Part shown: positions 16,291 to 25,107 of the stretch, in pieces
Position numbering within the stretch: the first letter of the stretch is position 1
How the letters are laid out: the number at the start of each line of letters is the position of its first letter
Source: Nitrosococcus oceani ATCC 19707
Lineage (GTDB): Bacteria; Pseudomonadota; Gammaproteobacteria; Nitrosococcales; Nitrosococcaceae
Direction of reading: 5' to 3'
DNA length: 32,000 nucleotides
Assembly (NCBI RefSeq): GCF_000012805.1
Contig: NC_007484.1
Span: 720,001-752,000 of the forward strand
Position numbers and translations under genes: made by a program
The notes under the pieces: generated by a model
The model's input: only the letters and a program-made list of their open reading frames with translations
Databases searched by the model: none
What the model was told of the DNA's origin: nothing

Positions 16291-16962
16291 TGGCAATGTA
16301 TAACGAACTACTGTGGATATTCACCCAACTCCCGGACGATTACGTCGTTCTCGACACCGAAACCACCGGACTCCCTGAGGAAAACGGCCTGCCTGATATC
16401 GTCACTTTAGGGCTAACAGCGGTTAAAAATCGGGAGATTTCAGAATCCGTAGAGTTTGAAACGCGACTGCAAAGACGCATTTTAGAAGAAGCGCAATCAA
16501 TACACGGTATTACTAACATACAGACTGCCAGGTTTGAATCGTTTGATTCCCGGTGGCACCAGATTACCGATTACCTGAAAGATGAAAGATCAACTCATCG
16601 TCATTCACAATGCCAGTTTTAACTGGCCCATCCTGCTTGATCATGTTGTGCGATACCATCTAAATATGCCGTCTATCAAAGGTGTATTTTGTAGTCAGAA
16701 AGCGATTATTCCTTGGGTGCAGGCCATGAATCTCCAGTGCGGCCACAGAGGTCCGTCGTTAGGTACGTTGACGAAAGTGTTGGGCGTTGAAGATCTCCGG
16801 GGCAAAGAGGGTGGAATTCATGGGGCGGAGATTGATAGCCAGCAGACTGCGAAGGTAGTTGAAGTGATAAGGCGTAGTGGGAACGGATTACGCATCAAAT
16901 TACACTCTCCGGCACCTAAAACAGCCACACGTGACAATTTAATCGAGGGTAAATTTATTTAA
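16290..16962 (+). pseudogene. DEDDh (DnaQ-like) 3'-5' exonuclease, frameshifted by a 7-bp tandem duplication
   Basis: ExoI is 'VVLDTETTGL', ExoII is 'VIHNASFNWPIL' (Asn where the canonical FD aspartate sits), and ExoIII is 'HGAEIDSQQTAKV'. The two track ORFs (16290..16622, 16582..16962) join in frame if one copy of GAAAGAT (16577-16583 / 16584-16590) is removed. Confidence 0.85.
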
Positions 16963-19900
16963 TGCGGATCACAGCAACACACCTTGCCGAATGGTCAGAT
17001 CAGCGGGTTGCGCAGGGAATGCTCCCTATCATGGTGCGAAGATTGATCAATACTACTGCCCAGATTAAATCTATCGCTATGCCTGGTGGTGAGTCCGTGG
17101 GCGAACCCGGATGGGATGGCGTCTTGAGTGTAGCGGTTGGTAATCCATGGGTGCCGGATGGAGCCAGCTGTTGGGAGCTTGGCACATCAGCAGACCCTGC
17201 CCGAAAAGCAAGGGATGATTTTAAAAAGCGGGTAACCGAGCTATCTGCCGAGCATGCAGCACAAACAACTTATGTTTTTGTTACCTCTAGGCGGTGGCGT
17301 GAAAAGGGGAAATGGCAAGAAAAGGCGCGAAATCAGAACGTCTGGGCTGATGTTTTAGTGTGGGACGCTGACGACCTAGAAGCTTGGCTGGAAACATCGG
17401 CAACCACCTCCCTATGGATGGCATCTCAAATTGGTATCGCGGGGCCCGGAATCGATTCAATAGAAACCTATTGGGATCACTGGCATAGGCAGCCCAGCCC
17501 CATCTTGACTTCAACAGCTTTGCTGGTAGGGCGCGAAAAAGCGCGCGATGAGTTGTTAAAGCTTATCGATCAGCGTGATCCCTTGATTGCTGTGATGGCT
17601 GATAGTCAGTCGGAAGCTGTTGGATTTGCAGGTAGCCAATTAATTGAAAGTGATTATTCTCAACGGGCTGTTTGTGTGACATCGATGAAGGGATGGCAGT
17701 ATGTCGATGCTAATCCCGGTGTGGAACTAGTCATCGTTGCCAATAATCAGCTTGCAAGTAACCGTGCTCCGCGCGAGGGAATGAGCTTGATCATTCCACT
17801 AGCGGTTGGGGATGAAGCTTTCAACCTCATCGGGACGGCAGCAAAGGCAGCCGATCAGAAAGTTATCGAGTTGAGTCGGCCCAAGCCTGGCGAGTTTGAG
17901 CAGGCACTATTAGAGTTTGGCATCGCGCCTTCGGATGCTGCCCGTTACACCGGGACTCTTGGAAGATCTTGGACGGTTTTTCGTCGTATGAATGCGTTGA
18001 ATCCTGCCGTGAGAAAACCCGAATGGATAGATGGACCTAATGCTACCAGCCTCCACGTCCTAACATTGGTTGGAGCATGGAGCGGTGAATCGCAAGGTGA
18101 TAAAGCTTGTATAGAACAGGTTGCTAACAGGCCCTATGAAGAAGTTGAGGCTGAGCTTTTGGAGCTTGTATTACTTGATGATGCCCCTGTATTGAAAATA
18201 GGGAATCTCTGGAAGGCCAAAGCACCTCTGGAACTACTGAATTTAGTAGGTCCAAAACTGACGGGAGCAGTTCTATCGAGATTTTTCCAAGTAGCAAGGG
18301 CAGTTTTCGAAGAGCCAGACCCTGTTTTGGAGTTAGAAGATGATAAACGCTGGATGGCAACTATTTATGGAAAAGTTCGTGAGCATTCCGGCGTCGTTTT
18401 AGATGCCATGGCAGATTCTATCGCAAAGCTGGGCTATTTTGCGGACGCTAGTCCGAATGCCGGTAATGTGGGGCGAGAGGTCAGAGCGTTTATCAGGCAA
18501 TTGTTGTCGAATGCTAGCGAAGACCGTTGGTTATCCGTCTCTCAGTACCTCAGATCATTTGCAGAAGCCGCACCAGATGAATATTTATCCACGATTCAGG
18601 AAAGCTTGGATGCTCCTGAAAAACCCGTAATTCGGCTAATCGCGGAAACCCAGTCATCGGGTGTCTTTGGTCGTTGCTGGCATGCTAACCTGCTCTGGTC
18701 ACTTGAGATACTGGCTTGGTATCCGCAGCGTCTAATGAAGGTCGCTGAAATTTTGGCCAAACTATCTGAAACGGAAGTGAAAGGTAACTGGGGTAATACA
18801 CCTTTCAATTCGTTAATTTCACTCTTTCGTCCATGGTTACCACAGACTGCCGCAACGGTTGATCATCGAATCCGTGTGGTTCGGAATATCGTTGACCAAT
18901 ATCCGCAAATCGGCTGGCGCTTACTCTTGGCACTAGCGCCCAACCATCATGATTTTGCGTCAGCAAATGCAAAACCCCGTTGGCGTGAGGATGATGCAGG
19001 AGCCGAAGGGGGCGTCACGCATGGTGAGCATCGTCATTTCGTCTTAACAATTTCGAGTCTGTTACTTGATCAATCCCGAGGAGATGCCGCACGCATAGCT
19101 GAACTCGTCCCAATGATTGACCGTCTAGGTATCGAATTCCGTGAGGGAGTCATAGCTCTGGTCAATGCCTCATTGGAATTTGAGGACGAGGACAAAGAGC
19201 AGATTCGGTCAGCAATTAGGAGACATCTCCATTGGAAAAATTCCTTTAATCTGTCCGGGGAAAGGCATGATCGCTACGCTGCTGACGCTTTGAGGCCAGC
19301 TTTTGATTCCCTTGCTGCTGACGATTTAGTGATACGCCACGCATGGCTTTTTTCTAATGGCTGGGTTGATTTGCCAGATGGACGAGAGGATGACTACGAG
19401 GAGACCAATCGAGCTAGGGAAGATCTACGCGCTACAGCAGTTCGGGAGATTTTCAATCTACAAGGTTGGCAAGGTATCAATCAGCTTGTTAATCGAAGTG
19501 GCGATCCAAGGCTTATCGGCTGGGAACTGGTCAGCGACCCTTTTGGCCGGAAAGAATTAATAGAGTGGTTATGTCATCGCTATTTGAATTTAGCCGAGTA
19601 CTCGTTGGACTCTTTGACGTCGGGTGTACTGCACGCTGTAACAGAAACGGAATGCCGCGAATTTTTGGTGTTAGTCATTGCTGAGTTGGAGCGAAGAAAT
19701 GCTCAATCATCCGCAATTGCGGGGTTGATGTCCAATGCTCGCCAAAGAATGTGGGTATGGTGCCTCATCGAGGAACAAGCGCCAGAGATTCGCGAGCAAT
19801 TTTGGAAGATTGCTCGACCATACTACGTTCGAGCAGAAGGTGATGATCTGATATTTTGCATTGAAAAGTTGCTGTCGGCGAATAGGCCAAGAGCTGCGTT

Positions 19901-20723
19901 TGAGGCTTTGGGTAATCGGGCTGCTGATGTGCCCAGTTCGTTATTGACTAAAATTCTGGAAGGTATTGGCGCTAGCCAGGAAAAAGACGCACCACTTCCA
20001 CAGCCATGGAATATCTCCCGACTGTTTACAGCACTTTCCCAAGCAGGGCAATTATCCCAATCTGAATTGGCTAGCCTTGAATTCGTCTACTATAAAATCT
20101 TGCATAGGGAAGAATATGGAACCCCAAACCTGTTCGCGGAAATATTGAATTCGCCAGAGTCCTTTATTGAACTGATATGCTTAGTATATAAGCCTCGGAA
20201 TTCTGAATCTGAACCGATACCGGAAAGCATGCAAGGCACAGCCCAGACTGCCGGTTCTTTGCTCCACAATGGGCGTGGAATCCCGGGAAGAGACTCCAAT
20301 GGAGTAATTGATCCAAAAATATTTTTTGGATGGGTTAAGAAAGCTCGTGAGCTAGCAAATGAAAAAGACAGGTTAGCCGTAACGGACTTAACAATAGGCA
20401 CTTGGCTCTCCGACTGGCCGTGTAATAAGAACCTGGAGTTTTGGCCTGATAAAGTTATTGCAGAGCTGTTAGATCGAGATGACTGTGAGGACATCAGGCG
20501 AGGATTCAGTATAGGGGTGCAGAATAGTAAAGGTGTTAGCTCACGGAATCCTTATGATGGCGGAAATCAGGAACGCGAAATTGCTAATAAGTTTAAAGCA
20601 TTTGCCGCCACTTGGGGTGACGAAAAAACGAATCTCTCGGCGATGATCGAAGATATCGCAAAGTCATTTGAACACCAAGCTCGGAGTCATGATGACGACG
20701 CACTTTGGACACAGGAATCATAG
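16962..20723 (+). CDS. Large (1253 aa) uncharacterised protein: N-terminal domain of about 170 aa plus a long helical-repeat-like body, no P-loop
   Basis: Uninterrupted 3.76-kb ORF. The start overlaps the exonuclease stop (TAATG). There is no GK[ST] anywhere in the translation. N-terminal 'GESVGEPGWDGVLSV...CWELGTSADPARKARDDFKKR...YVFVTSRRW' is a possible nuclease-like core. Confidence 0.9.
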   Translation: MRITATHLAEWSDQRVAQGMLPIMVRRLINTTAQIKSIAMPGGESVGEPGWDGVLSVAVGNPWVPDGASCWELGTSADPARKARDDFKKRVTELSAEHAAQTTYVFVTSRRWREKGKWQEKARNQNVWADVLVWDADDLEAWLETSATTSLWMASQIGIAGPGIDSIETYWDHWHRQPSPILTSTALLVGREKARDELLKLIDQRDPLIAVMADSQSEAVGFAGSQLIESDYSQRAVCVTSMKGWQYVDANPGVELVIVANNQLASNRAPREGMSLIIPLAVGDEAFNLIGTAAKAADQKVIELSRPKPGEFEQALLEFGIAPSDAARYTGTLGRSWTVFRRMNALNPAVRKPEWIDGPNATSLHVLTLVGAWSGESQGDKACIEQVANRPYEEVEAELLELVLLDDAPVLKIGNLWKAKAPLELLNLVGPKLTGAVLSRFFQVARAVFEEPDPVLELEDDKRWMATIYGKVREHSGVVLDAMADSIAKLGYFADASPNAGNVGREVRAFIRQLLSNASEDRWLSVSQYLRSFAEAAPDEYLSTIQESLDAPEKPVIRLIAETQSSGVFGRCWHANLLWSLEILAWYPQRLMKVAEILAKLSETEVKGNWGNTPFNSLISLFRPWLPQTAATVDHRIRVVRNIVDQYPQIGWRLLLALAPNHHDFASANAKPRWREDDAGAEGGVTHGEHRHFVLTISSLLLDQSRGDAARIAELVPMIDRLGIEFREGVIALVNASLEFEDEDKEQIRSAIRRHLHWKNSFNLSGERHDRYAADALRPAFDSLAADDLVIRHAWLFSNGWVDLPDGREDDYEETNRAREDLRATAVREIFNLQGWQGINQLVNRSGDPRLIGWELVSDPFGRKELIEWLCHRYLNLAEYSLDSLTSGVLHAVTETECREFLVLVIAELERRNAQSSAIAGLMSNARQRMWVWCLIEEQAPEIREQFWKIARPYYVRAEGDDLIFCIEKLLSANRPRAAFEALGNRAADVPSSLLTKILEGIGASQEKDAPLPQPWNISRLFTALSQAGQLSQSELASLEFVYYKILHREEYGTPNLFAEILNSPESFIELICLVYKPRNSESEPIPESMQGTAQTAGSLLHNGRGIPGRDSNGVIDPKIFFGWVKKARELANEKDRLAVTDLTIGTWLSDWPCNKNLEFWPDKVIAELLDRDDCEDIRRGFSIGVQNSKGVSSRNPYDGGNQEREIANKFKAFAATWGDEKTNLSAMIEDIAKSFEHQARSHDDDALWTQES

Positions 20724-20988
20724 CTGTAATTTGGTCTGCTGAGTCAATCTAAATTAACTACTTGTTCATTAAGTCTATTCAGTTCAATTCACTAAGCATA
20801 CCCACCTGAAGAATCGTTTTCTCCTTCCTAGTTGAAAATTTGATAATAGGGAACGGTAGTTATTCTGATGACAGATAAATGTGCATAAAATTTCAAGAAG
20901 CACCCCACCCACCGAATAGATTTCCCATCGTCCCTCGCACCTAATTCTCGCACTATGCCCCGTAACAACTCACGGGAGATGCAGTGCC

Positions 20989-21291
20989 ATGAAACGCCAA
21001 TTCTGGCCATTGACCTTTCTGATTCTCGCTTTGTCCGTCGCGCCGGCAGCGTTTGCTGATGCAGATGCGGAGCGCGAGGTGTTGGCGAAAATCATCCATG
21101 AGCTTAATGCCCTTGACCCGCTAATCAAGCGCACCGAGGCCAACGCTGATCAGGATTCCCACATCCGTCTTCGTTATGACTGGCTGCATCAGGACCTGAA
21201 GCAGATAAGAGACGGCATCCAGTCACACATCAATTTTCCCCGCGCTCAGCCACGCTCATTTCTGCCACTGCGCGGCGATTACCGCCGATAG
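20989..21291 (+). CDS. RAQPRD-family integrative conjugative element protein
   Basis: Signal peptide 'MKRQFWPLTFLILALSVAPAAFA' and the family-defining C-terminal motif 'FPRAQPRS'. Size (100 aa) is typical. Confidence 0.8.
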   Translation: MKRQFWPLTFLILALSVAPAAFADADAEREVLAKIIHELNALDPLIKRTEANADQDSHIRLRYDWLHQDLKQIRDGIQSHINFPRAQPRSFLPLRGDYRR

Positions 21292-21300
21292 GTCTCGATC

Positions 21301-21532
21301 ATGACCGCCGCACAACACAACTGCATTCCAGGCTGGTTCCGGCATTACCCTAGGCACCAGGCTGACCGCTATCGCGTCGATGGTTCTGGTGTTGGCGTTT
21401 GTCTGGGTGATCTGGGTGGCGTTAGGCACTTTTCGCGCTTGGCAGAAAGGGCAGGACACGGTCTTCGATCTGACCTAGAGCACCCTGCGGGCAAGTATTG
21501 TTTTGATGGTTTTGGGTTTCTATTTGCGATGA
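21301..21532 (+). pseudogene. DUF3262/TIGR03758-like ICE small membrane protein, frameshift plus in-frame stop
   Basis: An alternative frame reads 'TAFQAGSGITLGTRLTAIASMVLVLAFVWVIWVALGTFRAWQKGQDTVFDLT*STLRASIVLMVLGFYLR*'. ATG 21301 is in a different frame. The 150-aa track ORF 21301..21753 is a read-through artefact. Confidence 0.5.
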
Positions 21533-21619
21533 GTCAATCGAGAAAGTCCGGCAAGGGTAAACGGCGCTACATTGCAGTGGGATGCGGGGATAGACTCTAT
21601 TTTTATCAGCGTTATAGAA

Positions 21620-21748
21620 GAGGGCATTTGTTGTGGGTACATCAAATTCAATGCGAAAACCGCTGCCATCTGCAAGCAGCTATTGGCAGCGGCTGTGGTG
21701 TTTTTCCCACTGCCGCTCTGGGCGGCGTTGCCGACGCCGGGAGAAGAT
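21620..21748 (+). pseudogene. 5' fragment (signal peptide only) of a TIGR03745-like ICE membrane protein
   Basis: 'KTAAICKQLLAAAVVFFPLPLWAALPTPGED' resembles the N-terminus of the ICE protein that follows DUF3262 in clc/PAPI-type ICEs. It breaks off at about 21740-21748, where homology to 10985 onward begins. Confidence 0.4.
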
Positions 21749-22070
21749 GGTAAGTGGTTCGCAACGGCCAAGGAACTCGAACTTTATAATCTGGCATTAC
21801 AGCGTCGGAGTTTGCCCCGGGGTCTGCCATATCAGCGCTGCGTTGGTTGAGTGAAGGGTGGGGCTACGAGGTGACGAGCGTCGATGTGGTGGAAGCTTAT
21901 GACCAGGCGATGGACGCTGCGGCCAGGTTGAATAACATTGACGAGGTGACCAATCGGATTCGGTAACTCGTCAAGGCGGGTGACAATGTAGCGACACGGT
22001 TTGTTCGACAGGTTTTGCAGGGACGAATGCGAGCAACTCGGGCCGGCAATTCCACTGGTGACGACAGCAG
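21749..22070 (+). pseudogene. Decayed 3' fragment of a paralogue of the 10129..11379 gene
   Basis: 'GKWFATAKELELY...' and 'SEGWGYEVTSVDVVEAYDQAMDAAARLNNIDEVTNRIR*LVKAGDNVATRFVRQVLQGRMR' align to residues of about 290-410 of the 416-aa protein. It carries an internal deletion and a CAA-to-TAA stop at 21964-21966. Confidence 0.7.
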
Positions 22071-22300
22071 TCCATCGGATGGAGCAAGGTAACTTCTCTA
22101 ATGTGAAAGGTATTGGCGCCGGCGTCAATGAATACCGAATTGGTTTTGGTCCTGGTTATCGGATCTACTTCGGCAAGGACGGGGATCGGTTGGTGATATT
22201 GCTCGCGGGAGGTACCAAGAAGCGCCAGGACGCAGACGTTGCTGCCGCAAAAGGGCATTGGCGCGACTATAAGCGCCGGAAACGGAAAGAGGTGACATGA
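22001..22300 (+). pseudogene. RelE/ParE-superfamily 'addiction-module killer' (HigB-like), probably 5'-truncated/fused
   Basis: 'GNFSNVKGIGAGVNEYRIGFGPGYRIYFGKDGDRLVILLAGGTKKRQDADVAAAKGHWRDYK' matches the killer-protein pattern (GPGYRvYF...ivlLL.GG.K..Q..DI). The first 20 or so codons of the track ORF are encoded by DNA homologous to the 3' end of the 416-aa gene, so the native N-terminus appears lost. Confidence 0.6.
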
Positions 22301-22621
22301 TGGCTTTGACGAAAGATTTTAAGGACACCATACAGGCACGTGCCCAGCGGGATTCTGCCTTTCGTAAGGCCCTGCTGCAAGGAGGGGTCGAATGCCTGCT
22401 TGCCGGTGATGTCGATACCGGCAAGGCTGTTGCGCGACTATATCAACGCGACAATCGGGTTTGAAGAACTCTCTCGGGTCTTCGACAAGTCGAGCAAGAG
22501 CCTCATGCGCATGTTCGGGCCGAAAGGAAATCCTCAGGCGAGCAATCTGTTTGCGATGATCCATTACCTGCAGGAGCAGGAGGGCATACACCTAGAAGTC
22601 AAAGCCCGGAAAGTGGCCTAG
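22300..22621 (+). pseudogene. HigA-like antidote antitoxin, frameshifted copy
   Basis: Paralogue of 11489..11812. 'MALTKDFKDTIQARAQRDSAFRKALLQGGVECLLAGDVDTGKAV' is followed by a 2-nt deletion relative to copy A (about 22425-22435). The rest, 'RDYINATIGFEELSRVF...', lies in another frame (track ORF 22340..22621). Confidence 0.8.
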
Positions 22622-22740
22622 GGGGTAGCTGTATGGCAGTGTCCAATCGGCAATTTTTCCAGGCATTTGGAAAGATTCTCTGAGCATGGTATTTTTCATG
22701 GTATTATCGCCTGCACCAAAAAGTAAGCCATACTATCTAG

Positions 22741-23250
22741 CTAATCAGCTGGTATCGAAACGTTCTCACGAATCTCAGGGAAAATCCCGATCAGCCCCGT
22801 AAAGCCTTTGACGAGGCGGCCCTGCAAAAGCTTGCCGACTCCATAGAACAACACGGATTAATTCAGTCTATCACCGTTGCATCAGATCCGGGGAATGAAG
22901 AGGGTTACATGGTGGTAGCTGGCGAGCGCCGATTCCGTGCTTTTAAGCAGCTTGGGCGAGAGACCATCCCGGCCATTGTTACTCAGGGGAATCGTGATGA
23001 GATCGCTTTAATCGAAAATCTTCAACGCGAAAACCTCAACCCACTTGAAGAAGCAGAAGCGTTAGCATAAATTATGAGCCGCCATGCGTACACTCAAAAT
23101 GAAGTAAGTAAGGTCATCGGCAAAGCCAGAAATACGGTGAATGAGCTTTTGTGCCTCAACACGCTGCCTCAAGGCATTAAAGAGGAGTATCGGAGTTGGA
23201 CGTCCGACTCCAAGATAGAGAGCAGGGGTAATACTGCTCTTCGAGCTTAG
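22741..23250 (+). pseudogene. ParB/Spo0J-like partition protein, 5'-truncated with an in-frame stop
   Basis: 'LTNLRENPDQPRKAFDEAALQKLADSIEQHGLIQSITV...VVAGERRFRAFKQLGRETIPAIV...LIENLQRENLNPLEEAEALA*IMSRHAYTQNEVSKVIGKARNTVNELLCLNTLPQGIKEEY'. There is no start codon, TAA sits at 23068-23070, and the C-terminal half is missing. Confidence 0.75.
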
Positions 23251-23775
23251 AAAGTCTAATTGTGTAGCGATCATCATTCTATGTCCACGTTATTCCTTGC
23301 CTGAATGATCGCGAGCTGCCCCCGTTCTTTGTGGTAACGGGGGTAGAGAAAATTTGCTAGCTGGTTTTTTCCTCTCTCTGTTTTTCGAGTCGGCACCCAA
23401 CACAGCCCCCACGGTCTGGAGGGATCTGTACTTCATAAGAATGAAATCCTTTCGGCGAAAAGTATGGAACGGAATGAGCAGCTCGAACAACCGTTATCCG
23501 ACTTACTAAGGAAAACCCCTTCACCCCAAGACGAGGTTTTGATGGAGAATCACTAAAACTAGGGTTTTAGTAACTTTGATTTGAAGATTGTGGAATACCG
23601 GTGTTTTTTTGCCAGACACTCCTATATTTACGAAAAGTGGTTTCAACTTTAAAGCACTAAAATACAGATTTCAGTAAATTGAAAACCCGGCGCCTGGGGC
23701 GCCGCAAGAGCAGCAGGGGATTAAAAGCCGCATGGAGCACTCGACCCGGTTTTGAAGTGAGGAGACATTTTGACG

Positions 23776-24708
23776 ATGGAAAAGAAGACCGCTGATTTCT
23801 GGCAGGCACGAAAAGATTTTCTGGCGCATCTGCATTACGCCAAGGGGTACAGTCAGGGGACCTGCTATGCCTACCACTCGGACCTGGGCATTTGGGGCCG
23901 GTGGCTAGAAGAGGCGAGCAAGGACTGGCGTCAGGCCACCCATCTGGACACCGAGCAGTTTGTGGCCTGGCAGATGCGGAAGCGGGGCACGAAGGCGCAC
24001 ATCGTAGCCCGCCGCTCCAGTTGCTTGGGCTCATTCTACAAATGGGCCATGAAAAACGCCCTGGTGGAATCGGACCCCATCTATCTGGCCGATAAACCCA
24101 AGCGTCCCTATCGCATCCCTGTTTGGCTGGAGAAAGAAGAGCAACGGGCTTTCCAGGAAGCCGTCCAACGGGTCGAGGACTTACCCGAGAATATCTTCGG
24201 GCGTACTCAGGAGCATATTAAAGCGGTCCGGCGTCGCTATGATGTTCTGTTTGGCCTTATCCTCAACAGCGGTCTGCGAATCAGTGAAGCCCTGGCGGTG
24301 AAAGTCCGGGATGTGCGTATGGTGAACGGTGTGGCCAAATCCGTGCGGATCATCGGCAAGGGCAATCGGGAACGGCTGGTGCCACTGCCGGAAGCCTTCG
24401 GGCAAGTGTTGGGTGCCTGGCTACAGGGCAGAGGAGGGGAGGACTTCGTGTTCGCCAAGGCCCCAGGGGAAAAACCACCCGGACCCCATGCGGTACGGGC
24501 TTACTTGCGGCGGCTCATTGAGCGGGCGGGCATCGATAAGCCCGTCACACCCCACAAGCTGCGCCATACCTACGCCACGCGGCTATTGGAATCCGGTGCC
24601 GAGCTGGTGGATATCCAGGCTTTGCTGGGGCACGTGGACTTATCCACCACCCAGATTTACACCCACGTGAGCGAGGAGCGGATGGCGGGGATAGTGGCGA
24701 AGTTGTAG
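23776..24708 (+). CDS. Tyrosine site-specific recombinase (XerC/XerD-like phage-integrase family)
   Basis: The N-terminal SAM-like domain is followed by 'GLRISEAL', 'HKLRHTYATRLLESGAELVDIQALLGHVDLSTTQIYTHV' (R..HxxR..H..Y catalytic signature). ATG 23776 lies downstream of GAGGAG. Confidence 0.9.
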   Translation: MEKKTADFWQARKDFLAHLHYAKGYSQGTCYAYHSDLGIWGRWLEEASKDWRQATHLDTEQFVAWQMRKRGTKAHIVARRSSCLGSFYKWAMKNALVESDPIYLADKPKRPYRIPVWLEKEEQRAFQEAVQRVEDLPENIFGRTQEHIKAVRRRYDVLFGLILNSGLRISEALAVKVRDVRMVNGVAKSVRIIGKGNRERLVPLPEAFGQVLGAWLQGRGGEDFVFAKAPGEKPPGPHAVRAYLRRLIERAGIDKPVTPHKLRHTYATRLLESGAELVDIQALLGHVDLSTTQIYTHVSEERMAGIVAKL

Positions 24709-24795
24709 TCCATGGGAAGAGGCGATCTTGATAGCTGTAAGTCGTAGAGCTTAGACTATAGATGGGATTGAAAATCTTTCCCGCCCCAATTTCAA

Positions 24796-25107
24796 TTAGA
24801 AGGTGACACCCAATTCTTTCTCGGCGCAGCTTTGACAAATCTCTTGATCCAGCATGTGGCCAGCGTTTACTCGTTCGTTGCAATGACTACAAACACGGAA
24901 AAACCGCGGCGTTTCAAGCAACTTCCTTTGGGCCGCTGCAAGTCGCTCGTTGGTAGGATGTTTGGACCACTGGCGAAAAACCTTCCAATTGAGTTCTGGG
25001 CTATGGCTATGTGCCCCGCCCCATGTGACCACGCCTACTTCGAGAACGGTTTTTCCGTCTCTTTCCGCTAGGCGCGTGAATTCGCTAATAAGCTCATCGT
25101 CGGTCAT
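24796..25107 (-). CDS. Hypothetical small protein with a C-terminal CxxC...CxxC zinc-ribbon-like motif
   Basis: The track ORF 24796..25167 is trimmed to the internal ATG 25107 (GGAG upstream). Motif 'CSHCNERVNAGHMLDQEICQSC'. I recall no family. Confidence 0.45.
   Translation of the reverse strand: MTDDELISEFTRLAERDGKTVLEVGVVTWGGAHSHSPELNWKVFRQWSKHPTNERLAAAQRKLLETPRFFRVCSHCNERVNAGHMLDQEICQSCAEKELGVTF

Noticed and set aside
16577-16590. Programmed ribosomal frameshifting to make the full exonuclease
   Set aside because: The site is a simple 7-bp tandem duplication with no slippery heptamer or downstream structure. A 7-nt insertion would need a -1 (or +2) shift with no evident signal, so a mutation is the simpler explanation.
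20090-20494. 134-aa minus-strand ORF within the 1253-aa gene, and 26860..27321 within selO
   Set aside because: These are shadow ORFs antisense to long, well-supported genes.
21301-21753. 150-aa track ORF
   Set aside because: It is a read-through across two decayed ICE genes in the wrong frame. The alternative frames give recognisable DUF3262-like and TIGR03745-like sequences.
23290-23770. Short ORFs and a GGCGCC-TGG-GGCGCC palindrome upstream of the recombinase; possible att site or tRNA target
   Set aside because: I could not fold a tRNA cloverleaf and found no matching direct repeat elsewhere in the window. The ORFs lack coding features. I left this as unannotated intergenic DNA.
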